Of a stretch of DNA of 64,000 bases, positions 38,466 to 50,920 are shown piece by piece. Under the pieces are notes generated by a model. That model saw nothing but the letters and a program-made list of their open reading frames with translations, did not search any database and was not told where the DNA came from. Source of the DNA: Octopus sinensis (Eukaryota); contig NC_042997.1 in assembly GCF_006345805.1 (NCBI RefSeq), positions 164,982,001 through 165,046,000 of the forward strand, written 5' to 3'. Position 1 is the stretch's first letter; each line of letters begins with the position of its first letter. A program made the translations under genes and the position numbers.

Positions 38466-38545
38466 TATATATATATATATATATATATGATTATATATAT
38501 ATATATATATATATATAGGATTATATATATATATATATATATATG

Positions 38546-38583
<38 letters not shown>

Positions 38584-38669
38584 TATATATATATATATAT
38601 ATGATTATAATATTATATATATATATATATATATATGATTATATATATATATACATATATATATATATG

Positions 38670-38709
<40 letters not shown>

Positions 38710-38744
38710 TATATATTATATATATAGATATATATATATATATG

Positions 38745-38794
<50 letters not shown>

Positions 38795-39061
38795 TATATA
38801 TATGATTATATATATATGATTAGATATATATATTATATATATATATATATTATATATATATATATATATATGAATATATTATATATATATATGATTATAT
38901 ATATATATATGATTATATATATATATATATATATATAATGATTATTATATATATATATATATCTATATATATAACGGAAGCTTTATGAAAATAAACAAAA
39001 GACGAAGGCAGGTGGAAAACATACGAACAATTGTATATATGATTATATATATATATATATG

Positions 39062-39133
<72 letters not shown>

Positions 39134-39191
39134 ATATATATATATATATATATATTATATGATTATATTATATATATATTAGATATATATG

Positions 39192-39275
<84 letters not shown>
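38300..39275. repeat. ~1-kb (TA)n array punctuated by TGAT
   Basis: Directly visible; interrupted at ~38960-39035 by a PLE terminal fragment (taacggaagctttatgaaaataaacaaaagacgaaggcaggtgg). Confidence 0.95.
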
Positions 39276-39277
<2 letters not shown>

Positions 39278-40147
39278 CATAGGTTGGCCCAGAGTCACTG
39301 AGGGTTTTTAATTTTTCATAACTGCTTTACTTTTACAAATTTTAATTCAGTATAGAGGAGATAATGGAGATTAATTTGCATTTGTTCTTTTTCCTCATAC
39401 TTCTGCATTACGTATGAAAAATGACATCTTTTAAATGGTGTTCATTTTCAGCTTCACACCTTATGGTGTGCAATTCTCTCTGGTGTAATGCTCTTGGATT
39501 CTCGGAGCCCCAAATCCGGCAATTTTGCCTGTTGATGGACCCATTCAAATGAAAGTTAGCTCCATCAGACATGATCGATTTTTGTGTAAAAGTTGGGTAA
39601 TTTCGTGCCAGTTCCTGGATTTTGACAACATATTGGAGCCTGTGCTTATAGTCCTGGGCCTTCAACTGTTGCGCCAACTGTACTTCGTATGGAAAAAGAT
39701 TAAGGCTGCTGAGAACTCTTTGCAGTGAAGTTTGTGAAATCCCAAGCTGTCTGGATCGCCTTCGAGTCGACGTACTCGGATTCTGTTCAATACTCTCTCG
39801 CATTCATTTCTTTATCTCAACTGTTCAGACAGTGCGAGGTCTCTCTGATCGTGGAAATCACTTACTGCCACTTGTTTTTCAAAACGATGCACTGCGTTCC
39901 TAATTGTGTTTTCACTTGGAGTATCTCTCATTTGAAAGTGCCAACGATATGCCCTCTGAGTTTGAATAATTGACCCCTGATTTTGATAGAATGTTTTCAC
40001 CACATTGGTGTGTTGTGCGGTGCCATATTATTTCATAATTAATTTCCAGGACCTAGTCAATAAAATCCCTGTAAAGAAAAGAAAAATGCCAAAAAATAAA
40101 AGATTTATCAAAAATTGTAATCCTTCAGTGACTTTTGATCCACCCTG
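39278..40147 (-). mobile_element. Internally deleted Tc1/mariner-superfamily element (maT/DD37D-like)
   Basis: Imperfect TIRs (cataggttggcccagagtcactgaggg vs rc cagggtggatcaaaagtcactgaagg) with TA flanks. Transposase relic TFYQNQGSIIQTQRAY...STRRRSRQLGIS...SDGANFHLNGSINRQNCRIWGSENP jumps directly to the C-terminal CEAENEHHLKDVIFHT. Confidence 0.85.
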
Positions 40148-40373
40148 TATATTCTTTTCTACTCGAGTTACAAGGCCCGAAATTTTGTGGGCCAGTCGAC
40201 TATATCGACCCTAGTATACAACTGGTACTTAATTTATCGACCTCGAAAGAATGAAAGGCAAAGTCGACTTTGGTGGAATTTGAACTCAGAACGTAAAGAC
40301 AGACGAAATACCGCTAAGCATTTCGCCTGGTGTGCTAACGTTTCTGCCAGCTCGCCGCATTGGCCACTCTGTA

Positions 40374-40650
40374 TATTGCACTAAATCAAAAGTTTTACAA
40401 TATTATTTGCTTCATTCGTCAAGTTATGACAAAATCAGCCTAGCATTCAAAATAGAGGCCATCATGTGGCACCATCTGAAGCCACTTTTCTACCAGTTCT
40501 TTGATCTCAGCTGATACCAGTTTTGTCCTTCAAGGTGAATAACTCTTTCACTGAAGCTTCCACTGCTTCTTAGTTGATGAAGCGTCGTGAGAGCAGGAAG
40601 CAAGCCATAGATCGGAACAAGTAATAATCCGAGGGAGACATTTTTGCGCA
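40374..40650 (-). pseudogene. mariner (DD34D) transposase 3' fragment with TIR
   Basis: SPSDYYLFRSMACFL.SRRF...VEASVKELF..KDKNWYQ..IKELVEKW, then a terminal repeat. Confidence 0.75.
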
Positions 40651-40669
40651 ATGCTAACGTGCATAAGCA

Positions 40670-41261
40670 GTGGTTAAGCAAGGGTCAGCTTCTGAAACCT
40701 GTCGCCAAACATGGGCATTTCGAACACAAAGTGACGCCCAGCTTCTGGTGGAATTATGAAGAGATAAATCACTACAAGTTTGTTCCAGCCGATCAACCTG
40801 TGCTCCGAATAGCTGAAGCGAATGTATGCTATTGTGCTGCAAAAGTATTAGGCATTGGTTAAAAGAAAGCGAGGGCTTCTACAGCAAAGACAACGCAAGA
40901 CCTCAAAACACACGAACGGCCCAGAATAAAATCCAGGAATTTTAGGGAATCAAACTGAAGTTACAACCATGTAGTCCGGGCCTAGCTTCCTCGGATTGTT
41001 TCTTGTTCCCATCCATGGTTCACTTCATGTACTCGCAGCGCTTCACCAACCAAGAGGAGGTGGAATCTTTGGTGAAGGAGTTCTTCACCTCGAAGGAGAA
41101 GAACTGGTATCAGCGTGAGACAAAGAACTGGCAGAAAGGTGGTTCCAAACGGTGCAACATGATAGACTACACTTTGATACTGGACTGCTTTTGTCGTAAC
41201 TTGTCGAATGAAGCAAATAATATTACCAAAATATTGCAAAACTTTTAGCTCAACACAAATA
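40670..41261 (+). pseudogene. mariner (DD34D) transposase 3' half with TIR
   Basis: FWWNYEEI.HY, a DNARP-like second-D motif, CSPGLASSD.FLFPSM (YSPDLAPSD-like), KELAERW, terminal aaaacttttagctcaacacaaata. Confidence 0.8.
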
Positions 41262-41304
41262 CGTGTGTGTATGTGTATGTGTGCGTATGTGTGTGCATGT
41301 GTGA

Positions 41305-41338
<34 letters not shown>

Positions 41339-42817
41339 CCTTCATGACATCAACATTAAGGCACTCTAGTTATTGTTTTCAAACTTTGGCACAAGAACAA
41401 CAATTTCGGGATAAGTCGATTACATCGACACCACTGTTCAAATAGTACTTATTTAATCGACCTCGAAGAGATGAAAGGCAAAGTTTTTACGTTCTGCGTT
41501 CAAATTCCGCCAAGGTCGACTTTGCCTTTCATCCTTTCGGGGTTGATAAGATAAAAACCGGTTGTGTACTGGCATCGATGTAATCGACTAACCCCTCCCC
41601 CGAAATTACTGGGTTTGTGCTAAAATTTGGAACCGATATTTCACCTAACTCTAAGACAGTGTACGGTGCCCATGTCAGAGAGAATAATACCACTTCTAAT
41701 CAGGATAAAATAGGAAGAGATAATAAGCACACTAACGGTTCGATTGCTTGAGATATTTGTACTTGTGACGTCGATATAATCGCTAAATCAGTGCTTATGA
41801 TGTTTGCAAGTCCTCTAAGATCGGTAAGCTTGATTTAAGGTTCTGTTCCACTTGTTGCGTGCCAACACCTGCAGATGAAGATTCCAGAGGGGTAATGTGC
41901 TGGAAAGAAAGGAATGGAGACAGTAGTTATTAATCGCCCAGGGATGGTGGACTCGATATGGGTGAGGGGAGGTGGAGAGACGAGCGAGTTGGAAGTGGCT
42001 GAGTGATGGAGGTTCGAGTCCAGCCGAATTTGAGGAACAGAGGACAAATTAATAGCAATAAAGAGAGGCGGAGAGGAGGTTGTACACATGTAGGCCAGAG
42101 GTTGGGGTGTGTCTGTCAGGAATCGAAAGTCTGTTAGGAATAGAAATCCCTGTGCACTATCTTCGACTATCAAATTTCACTTACGTGGGACTGGTCAACA
42201 TGAGGTGACGATAGAACACTTACTTAGCGAGTCATGCAGTAGAATCGAACTCTAAACTACTTGGTTATAAAGCAAACTTCTTGAGCACAAATTCAAAGAG
42301 ATTTTAGGTTTTTGAAAAACTAGACACCTTTTACTGTCTCTGTTTCTCCCTCTCTCTCTCTCACTATATATTTATATATATATACAAATTCGTTAATTGT
42401 TCTGTATCGTTTTCCTTTTACATCTAAATTAGTTTCTTTTTGAAAGTGAAATAGACTTGGCACGATATTCAGTACCTTTTATCTCTCAATAAGTATTACG
42501 CTTAAACCACTAAACGATGTGTTTCGCTTTACTTACACCAATCAACACCATAGTAATATAATTGCAAGACTAAATGAATAATAATGGAACAAAGTTCAAT
42601 TCTTTTCGATGGTAGTCCCAACACGCATCCCAATTTAACACTATCATCTTTTATCCTTGTTGGCATTTAGCAGAATTCACACTGTTGAAAACTCTTGAGC
42701 CGTAGCTTGATTCCCTTTCAGCTCACGTTTTTTTATTCTTCTGCATACGTGAAATTCGGATATCAATACTACACCAGTCTAACGATAAATTAAAATTAGT
42801 AGAGTAGCGCACTGGTC

Positions 42818-43246
42818 GAATTTTTTCGGTTTGAACGGCAGTTTTTAACGTAATTTCTAGGTAGCTAAAAAATTTTAAACTTCGTATACTGGTAGAATGT
42901 GTTTATAAAACATCTTTTTCTTTTGGCTTTATTGAGAAAATTCTATAGTTTGTAAGATATTTGGGGTTTTTTTTTCAATTTCTGCAATTTCTACCAATCA
43001 AATACGTCTATTGAGGTAAAAAAACATTCTGTGCCGTATGAATATGTCCCTCGTTTAAGAAACAGATTGGGTTTATTTACATTTGTGAAGAAAAAAAGAT
43101 ACCCTTCCCCCCACCCCTAACCCTACCCCCAACTAACCGTAACCCTAAAACATTGAAATGCAGTAGATCGATACTAGGGTCATAATTATGGGTGACAATT
43201 TCATATGACACCGCTAGAAAAAACTGCCGTTCAAACCGAAAGGATC
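42818..43246. mobile_element. Non-autonomous TIR element (MITE) with 9-bp TSD
   Basis: TIRs gaattttttcggtttgaacggcagttttt / aaaaactgccgttcaaaccgaaaggatc; flanks gcactggtc (42809-42817) and acactggtc (43247-43255). Confidence 0.85.
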
Positions 43247-43578
43247 ACACTGGTCAGATTTAAAATTGTATTGTAACGAAAAATTAATCTGTGATTACCG
43301 AGTATTTTTTTGTTACATTCAATTATATGGTTTAATATTCTCTGCGTTGCAGTCATCGTCATCGTCGCCATTGACGTCGTCGTTGTTGCTGTTGCAAATC
43401 CCTACGTTAGCTCTGATCGGGTAGGCTTACGGTCTATGATTAAGAGCAACCCGACCGGTCTTTCTGTGCACCAGGAGACTACATCATCTAGTACGTACTT
43501 TTTTTAAGACGGCAGGCTGTAATTTGAGGGAGATTTGTGTGACTATTTCTCGTTTGTCGATCGAGCGGCCGTGTAGAG

Positions 43579-46390
43579 CAGCGGGTGTCAACCAAGGCAG
43601 TGGCGCGCTACTAAGGAATCTGAGAATTACTAAGGTATTGTAAAGCTTAAAATTGTTACCATTTATAGGCTGATCTTAGGAATCAGAAGCAGTGTTTACG
43701 AATGAACACTTCAGTTATTGATACTGCCATTGAATACTTCCATTCTTTATCGAAGTCCGATAAACATAAAATCCTTAATTTTCAAAATCATGCCTTCAAC
43801 AATGATAAATTCACAAAATTTCTATTAAAAAGAATAAGGCGAAACAATTTGTTCCAGCATAGATGAATTTCTGTACAGGCATTTGTTTGATCTTGCAACC
43901 GTATTACATTACAGAGGTTTTTTACAAAAATTTTTTAAAAATTGTATTTGGTTCAATATTCTCCAAGATGCTGTTGTTGTTGTTTGCCTATTGTTGAACT
44001 TATCAATGGGAGATATGCTGCCAAGTAAAATGTCAGTAAGAAAAGAATGAAATTAAGTAATAAAAGTATCATTCCCTTTGTTTCTTCATTTATATGTATT
44101 TTGATGAATATCCAATAAAAAAAAAACTCTATCACTTTCTCTGAATCGATTGCTCAGGTCAGGGCCATAATCAACTTAATTATAGCATGTAATTAATTAT
44201 TTATATTTAAAAGAAACTAAATTTGTTTTATACACCATTCAATTGAAACTAGGTTTTTCTTTTTACGCTAGTTCTTCATCAAAATAATATGTAAATATTG
44301 ATACTGTAGCAGCTCAATGAAAAGAGAAAATTTCGAATAATTACGTAAATATTTGAAATATGGTGTTATTTCATCCATCATTAGTGAGCAATTAACAACA
44401 TGTTTATTATGTGAAAAACACTTTCTCACACGAAGTAATGAAACAGTCAAGAATGATTGATCATTTTGGAACAAAGCATCTAAATAAAGCAAAAAAGGAT
44501 GCCTTCTATGTTCAGGATTTAAAAAGTAAAATGAAATTCAAAAATCGATCCACGATTAATGAGGTGATTTTAAAATAAAGTAGCAAACTAGAGAAAGCTT
44601 TAGCTGCATCATACATTTCATAATTAATTACCACAAGCCACTGGCAGAATTTTCTTCTTACTGGCTATAAATGAAATTATAAATACTATGTTAGGTCCAG
44701 GAAAAAGATTTTTTGTTAAAATTAGATATGAGACAACTCTACCGTAACAATGAGAATTTATTGATCTTCGTACGTTATCACTAATCAATAAGTTATACGA
44801 GACTTCCTATATGTTGAAGAATTGAAAACTGACAGAAAATATCCTTTAACTTAAAGGGTAGTTGAGAACTTTTTCACACAAATATGACATTTTCAGCTGA
44901 TGGAGTGCTTGCTATAATTAGTCGCCAGTTTGGATTTATATCACATTTAAAAGCAGCAACTCCAAATAACTTTATGATTTTTAGTGTTATTTATCAGCAA
45001 TAGTTAGCCGTAAATAGCGGGGCAGCAGACTACATAAAGCTCTGCACAATGTTATTAAAGCAGTGAATAAGATAAAACCCCGTCTATTGAATGACCTTAT
45101 TGAAAATCAACAAACATAAAATGCAATGTTTCTTCCCGAGTCATATACACTCAAAAGGCTGATTTCCTGGCTTCCGTGGCGTATGTATTTTTTTCCTGAA
45201 CGGGACGCCGGCCGTCACAGGATAGCTCATCTTTGACTGCTGGGTGGTTCGGAGCAACGTGAAATGAAGTGTTTTACTCAAGAATGAACGTATTACTCAG
45301 TTCAGGAATCGAAACCGCAATCTTACGATCACGAATCGAACACCCTTTCGGCGAATTTCGATGGCTTTCTTGGGAAAAATGTCTGGGACGCTTTTATGAT
45401 TTCTTAGAATTTTTAAATTGATTAATGAGAAAATGTGCAATAAGCAAGAAAACTAAAGGAATGACAAGCTTATTTTCTTGAAATCTCAACAAATAAGATG
45501 AACGTCAAATTGTAGGGAAACAATAGGGTCTTTATTTAAGCAAAAACAAATATAAATTCTTTTACCAGAAAAGTTTTACAAAAAAAAAAACATTGCGAGA
45601 TGTGGTTTTCAGTAGTTTTCGAGTTACATAAATAATAGAATAATGATAGGATTTGGTACTAGATATATATATGAAGTGTTATCTGCAGCACAGGAAGATA
45701 ATATGATGACTAGATTTACGATGAAGAATTGAAAATACCAGAATGTACCATAAATTTGTTCCTTTCCGATGTACGTTTTGTCTACCCAAGCAAACTTGGA
45801 ATTAATAGACTTACAAAAGAATTTTGAAGCTCATGTGTAGTTTCAATAAAGTAGATATGAAGCATTCTGGCCTATGATGTAAAACGAGTTTTGTAAGCCT
45901 TGACAGGAAACATAATTACTAGTCTTTGCTTTTCTTTCTTTCTACTTAGTCGAGAGTCTAGAGTATCCAGTGACACGTTGCAGTTGTTAATTAACACTGA
46001 AATAAATTGCAAATAAGTGAAATAGTTGAAACTTCGTTTGTCAACTATTGAAACTTGATACTGAAAAATTAGCAAATCATCACCAGGTTCAGATAGCAAT
46101 TAAATTAAATAACCTTCCCCGTTAAGTTCTTTAAATTTGCATGTTTTTGCTTTTTAGTGATCAGTTCTATTCATACGCATTATTTAAAAATGAATTTGTA
46201 TTAAAGTTACAATTAAAAAAAAATTACTATGATTACGAATATGCTAATACTAATGACTTTAGCTCGCATAATAATCTATTGTATTTTTAAAATAATGGAG
46301 ACATTAACTCCTACCAAATTCATTCAGGGCACATTAGGTTTTATAATTATAAAGCAGTCGTTAAACAAAAGAAAAGCTTAAAAGCTACTG
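43579..46390 (+). mobile_element. Decayed hAT TcBuster/Charlie-type DNA transposon
   Basis: Left end cagcgggtgtcaacc after gtgTAgag; right end aaaagcttaaaagctactg. Frameshifted transposase pieces DLKSKMKFKNRST, LLLAINEIINTMLGP, SRLHKALHNVIKAVNKIK, WEKCLGRFYDF, ELIDLQ, YLVE, LRLSTIE...EKLANHHQVQ. Interrupted by a SINE at ~45165-45345. Confidence 0.7.
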
Positions 46391-48008
46391 GAGCCTTGGC
46401 TCCTTCGTTGAGTGTAGACATAGATAGAATTTCCTGCTTTACGGTAACAGCAATGTATTAATTTACGCTTGGTGTTTCAAGTATACTGCCCCCTCTCTGA
46501 AATTTGTTAATTTGGACAACGGTGAAATCGCAAACCTTTATTTGTAAACATCACATTAATACATGAGACTTCAAATTACAGCGAAGATTTTGTGAAGACT
46601 TATTTCAGACTTTCAAACTAAAGAAGTATTTCATTACAGAATTATCAGCTCACAGATGCATTCTAGTCATACTATACTAAATAATAGGTGCAGAATTACA
46701 TACGGTAGATATAATCTTACACATGACCTTATGTGGCTCGAGTTTAAATATTGGGAGTGGCACTATTCTGTAAAGTGATCTTGATTGCTGTTTTTTGTTG
46801 TTTAGCGGCCATGTCAGTACTGATCTGGTAGACTTGAAATCATAGGCGTCCCAGCTATGCCTATCCTATCTTAATATTGTTAGTAATAATATATAGTTCG
46901 TGTTTAATGTGTTCTTTCTTTTGTTTAAGACGCGAGACCGTGTGTAGAAGGAGATTGGGTGTTATTTCTAGCATGTTGAGTGAGTACCACATAGAGGTTT
47001 CCTCATTGGTTCTTCAGCAGCAGTTGTTTCATTGGCAAGTGCTCCGCCTTCGCTAGCCTTTAGTTTTGAGATAAAATTGGATGAACGTCACAAGGAAACA
47101 AAGATCTCTCTACAGTTATAGACTACCTTACTGACATATATGTTATACAGTGTTCGCTTTGCCAGTGTTCGCTTTGCTTGATACAACTGGCGCAAATATA
47201 TAATATAGAGATAGATAGATTGGTCTCTTTTCACGATGTCAACGAAGAAGCGTCTAAGTAGCGACATAATTTGCTCGAAATAGCAACTAGATCTACCTGA
47301 AATTATACGTTCTCGTCTTAAAAAAGAACACTGGGTAACGCGACTCGAGATAAACTATACTGCTAAAAATAAAAAGAACGGTCATGATTTTTATGTCTTT
47401 GTTCATAAAGTTCAGTTAGATCGAGATGGGCTTGAGATTTAAAGAAAAGAGTTGATTTACTCCACTTGCTTTCCAGGTCATTATTTTGCTTTGTTACAAC
47501 TTTTGTGTGAAGCCGAAGGATAGGAAGATGCTTTGAATTATACGGATGATTGTGTATCAGAGATAACTTTTACAGACTCACGTATGGCAATGTAAGCCAA
47601 TGTGATGTAAACTTGTCCGGACGCAGACCGTACGTTTTACGTCTCACAGGAGAAGAGACACAATGTTGCTCGTTTGCACTGCTTTCTGTACTCACATCTA
47701 TCATTGAGATGTTCTGCTCATGCTACTTCGATAGTCCGATTTGTCTCCAGTTTAGCCGGTTATTCTCCAATAATTCTCACTAGTTTGTGTTAATGTTACA
47801 CTTTTTAGGATTTCCTTTACGTATATCTTTGAATCACGTCCTTTGTGTTCTTTCCTTCATATAGTACTAATTAAAAAAGTTGTTTGAGCAGCTGTTGTTT
47901 CGCCATTCACTCGATATTTTCGACTGATCGAAGATGATGTCTGAACAGTTCTTTCTAGGATCCGCTGTACTCACTCTGATTTCCTATACCTATTAGCATT
48001 TTCCTCAG

Positions 48009-48257
48009 AATCTCCGAAACTGGAAGATAGAAAGTTATCCTGAAAGCGAAAAATCTAGCCCGGATTCTGCAAGTACTCCTGCAGATGGTGGTATTAAACC
48101 AAGTAATAGATTAAATCTGTCACTTAAGAAATTAGAACTCAAACAGTCGGAACAAACACTGCAAGACATTAAATCCATAGTTCTAGAATTCTGTCAATTT
48201 GTCATCATAGACTGCTACTTTATTTTATCGACCTCGAAAGTAGGAAAAACAGGCTAA
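48009..48257 (+). CDS. Candidate coding exon/open frame without a start codon (NLRNWKIESYPESEKSSPDSASTPADGGIKPSNRLNLSLKKLELKQSEQTLQDIKSIVLEF...)
   Basis: Follows cattttcctcAG; 82 sense codons open while the other two frames close within 12 codons. The 3' part overlaps a degenerate SINE and the donor is uncertain (gtaata at 48103). Confidence 0.25.
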   Translation, partial: NLRNWKIESYPESEKSSPDSASTPADGGIKPSNRLNLSLKKLELKQSEQTLQDIKSIVLEFCQFVIIDCYFILSTSKVGKTG

Positions 48258-49094
48258 CTTCTGCAGGTTTTTGGTACCAGAGAGCCAAAGAAAATATGGA
48301 AAAGAATCATGTCCTATGCCTTCACCTGCTTGTTCGTCTTTGGGGAGAGACTAGAAGATGTGCCTTAAACATAGTCTGTCTCACTTTTCTGGACTCAATG
48401 TCCTCCACATCGAAAGGGATTATTATGTTGCAGGCGAAATAAATCTTACCTAATAAGATTTAATCGTTAAGCTAATTTATCCTCTCTATTGGTTAGATTT
48501 TTTAGTTTACTAGATTACCTATCTTGATTACATGCTTACTCTATAATTTTGAAGGAAGTCGTTCTCTTGATATCCTACTTATTGTTGATGGTGTTCTTAT
48601 TTGTCCTTTTTAATGTAGGTAGTATTTACTGTTGTCGAAGGTTTGTTATAGTAGAAGTAGCTTTTGCTGAGGTTTCAAGTCAGATCAATAACAGTTTGAC
48701 CTGGTTGTTATTAATTTTGTTGTTTTTGTTGTTGCTCAGGAGATATACCAACAATACTAAACTTTTTATCCTGAAATTCTTTCCTCGTCATTTACCAACT
48801 ATATTGAATTTTGAACTTGTACTTCATTTTGCTTTTATATATGTACCAAAAGCACGTAAATATCTAGAATGGACTCTCAACAGAACACACACACACATGC
48901 GTAAACAAATAAAGAAGTTATTCTTATAAACTTTTGCGCCCATCTCACAGACATTCTTATTAAACTCAGTTGCTTCTGTTCGCCACGAGCGACACTTTAC
49001 ATAAATGTCCAAGGTCTACCTTCTCCATTGACAAAGGGCTATTGCACGAAACATAAAGTAAAATTTTCACCTTTTATCTACAACATCTAATGTG

Positions 49095-49800
49095 TGCTTC
49101 TCAGTGTCTTGTTCTTGATATCTTTGGATCCTTTCTCACATGCTAATGGAAAATTCACCTTTGACTGTATATACATACATATATCTTCATCTGACTCCCT
49201 CCTCTTCTCTCTTCATCTGACACCTATTTCCTCTCTTCACTCCTACCTTCTCTCTTCATTAATACCACTTTACCCCCACTCCACCCCACCACATCATACC
49301 ACTCCCCACTCACTAGCTCGTTAAAGACGCTCACACTTATACGCACACACACTAGCACTGACCACTTCCCAGCACCCACACCACACCATCATCCACAGAC
49401 CCACACGCCATCTTCAATAGCGTCACCACACACCGCTATATGAGCAGCCACAGTTACAGACGCACACTCTCTCACACACACACGTCAAAGACACCAGCCC
49501 CTATCCACACACAAACACTTACACATTGTCACATACACACACGCGCGCGCATCTTCGTTTTGGGATCACAAATACTTTATTATCTCCCCTTCTTTCATCA
49601 TCTTCTTTCAAACATTTTTTTCTAATCAGTTGCCATGCTTGACCGCTAAATCCACAAGTTTTCTTATTTTCTCTTATTCATTTCTGTTGAAGAGCATAGG
49701 TTCGAAACGAAAAAGAATTTTCACTTCCCCGAGTGTCAAACTAAAACACATGCTTGTTGTTCATACACCACTCTTCGTATTTTATTTTTCTATAAATGTC
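49095..49800 (+). mobile_element. Degenerate Penelope-like 3' region plus pLTR
   Basis: Shares cactagcactgaccacttcccagca...ccatcatccaca with the reverse complement of 51270-51330; ends with ctgttgaagagcataggttcgaaacg and the pLTR tail. Confidence 0.65.
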
Positions 49801-49861
49801 AACTATATATACATACATGCATACATAATACATACATACATACATACATAGAAACACACAC

Positions 49862-49930
<69 letters not shown>

Positions 49931-50626
49931 ACTTACTATGGACAAGGCTGCGTGGCGTTTATATATATAATACTTTTAGGAAAATTTCTCGATAGGGTCA
50001 TAATATTTCGAAAAGAATTTCTTAAACTAAAATTTATTAATGATATAAGAAAACCATTGAAAAATAAAATAAAAACAGATTAGCATAGACCTTCCATGTA
50101 CATTTATCATAGACATGCCATGGCGTAAGACTGCCTCCCAGACTAAAACTATAAATATTAATTATTATATGTAGGTAAATGACTCTTAATTCATTTACTT
50201 CTTATAGTTAATATTTAATAATGGTAATTTAACGCAAATGATTCAGTATATAATTAAGTATATTTCAACTATTTTAATGTTAGACACACTCAGTTTCTAG
50301 TGCTTATCCACAAATTTATATTAATCTAACGGGTAATGTTATTAAGCGCACACCACATAAGTTCAGCTCCAGAACAAATTAGTATCCTGATAGCAGATGT
50401 TATTCTGCCTTTATTCAATGTCATTTGTGAGTGTGGGGTGTGCAGCTCTGTATTACATAGCCCGTGTTTCACACTAATTATTGAATCAATTTTAACAGAC
50501 ATTTTATTTGATGTGAGTACATAAAATATGATTGTGTGCGTGTATATATGTAAATATAACTATGTAAAATATAAATGTGCAAATATATATATATATATAT
50601 GTGTGTACGTATATATATATGTATAT

Positions 50627-50677
<51 letters not shown>

Positions 50678-50866
50678 ACACACACATATATGTATATATA
50701 TATATATGTCTGTATATTACGTATGTGTGTGTGTGTCTATGAGTATCTCATTACACCAGGGATGCAGAATCTACTAAAGAACTCCACAAACAAGAGTGTC
50801 ACGCTGTATAAATTAATATAATGTGATTAACTGAACTAAAAATTAACTGATTTAAAAGCAACCCAG

Positions 50867-50914
<48 letters not shown>

Positions 50915-50920
<6 letters not shown>

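Noticed and set aside
43112-43148. TAACCC units as a chromosome end or fusion site
   Set aside because: Only a few degenerate units, located inside a TIR element with a TSD.
47540-47790. Minus-strand GTGAGT donors and 77-aa plus ORF
   Set aside because: All three minus frames contain stops before the donor; the plus ORF has no recognisable features.
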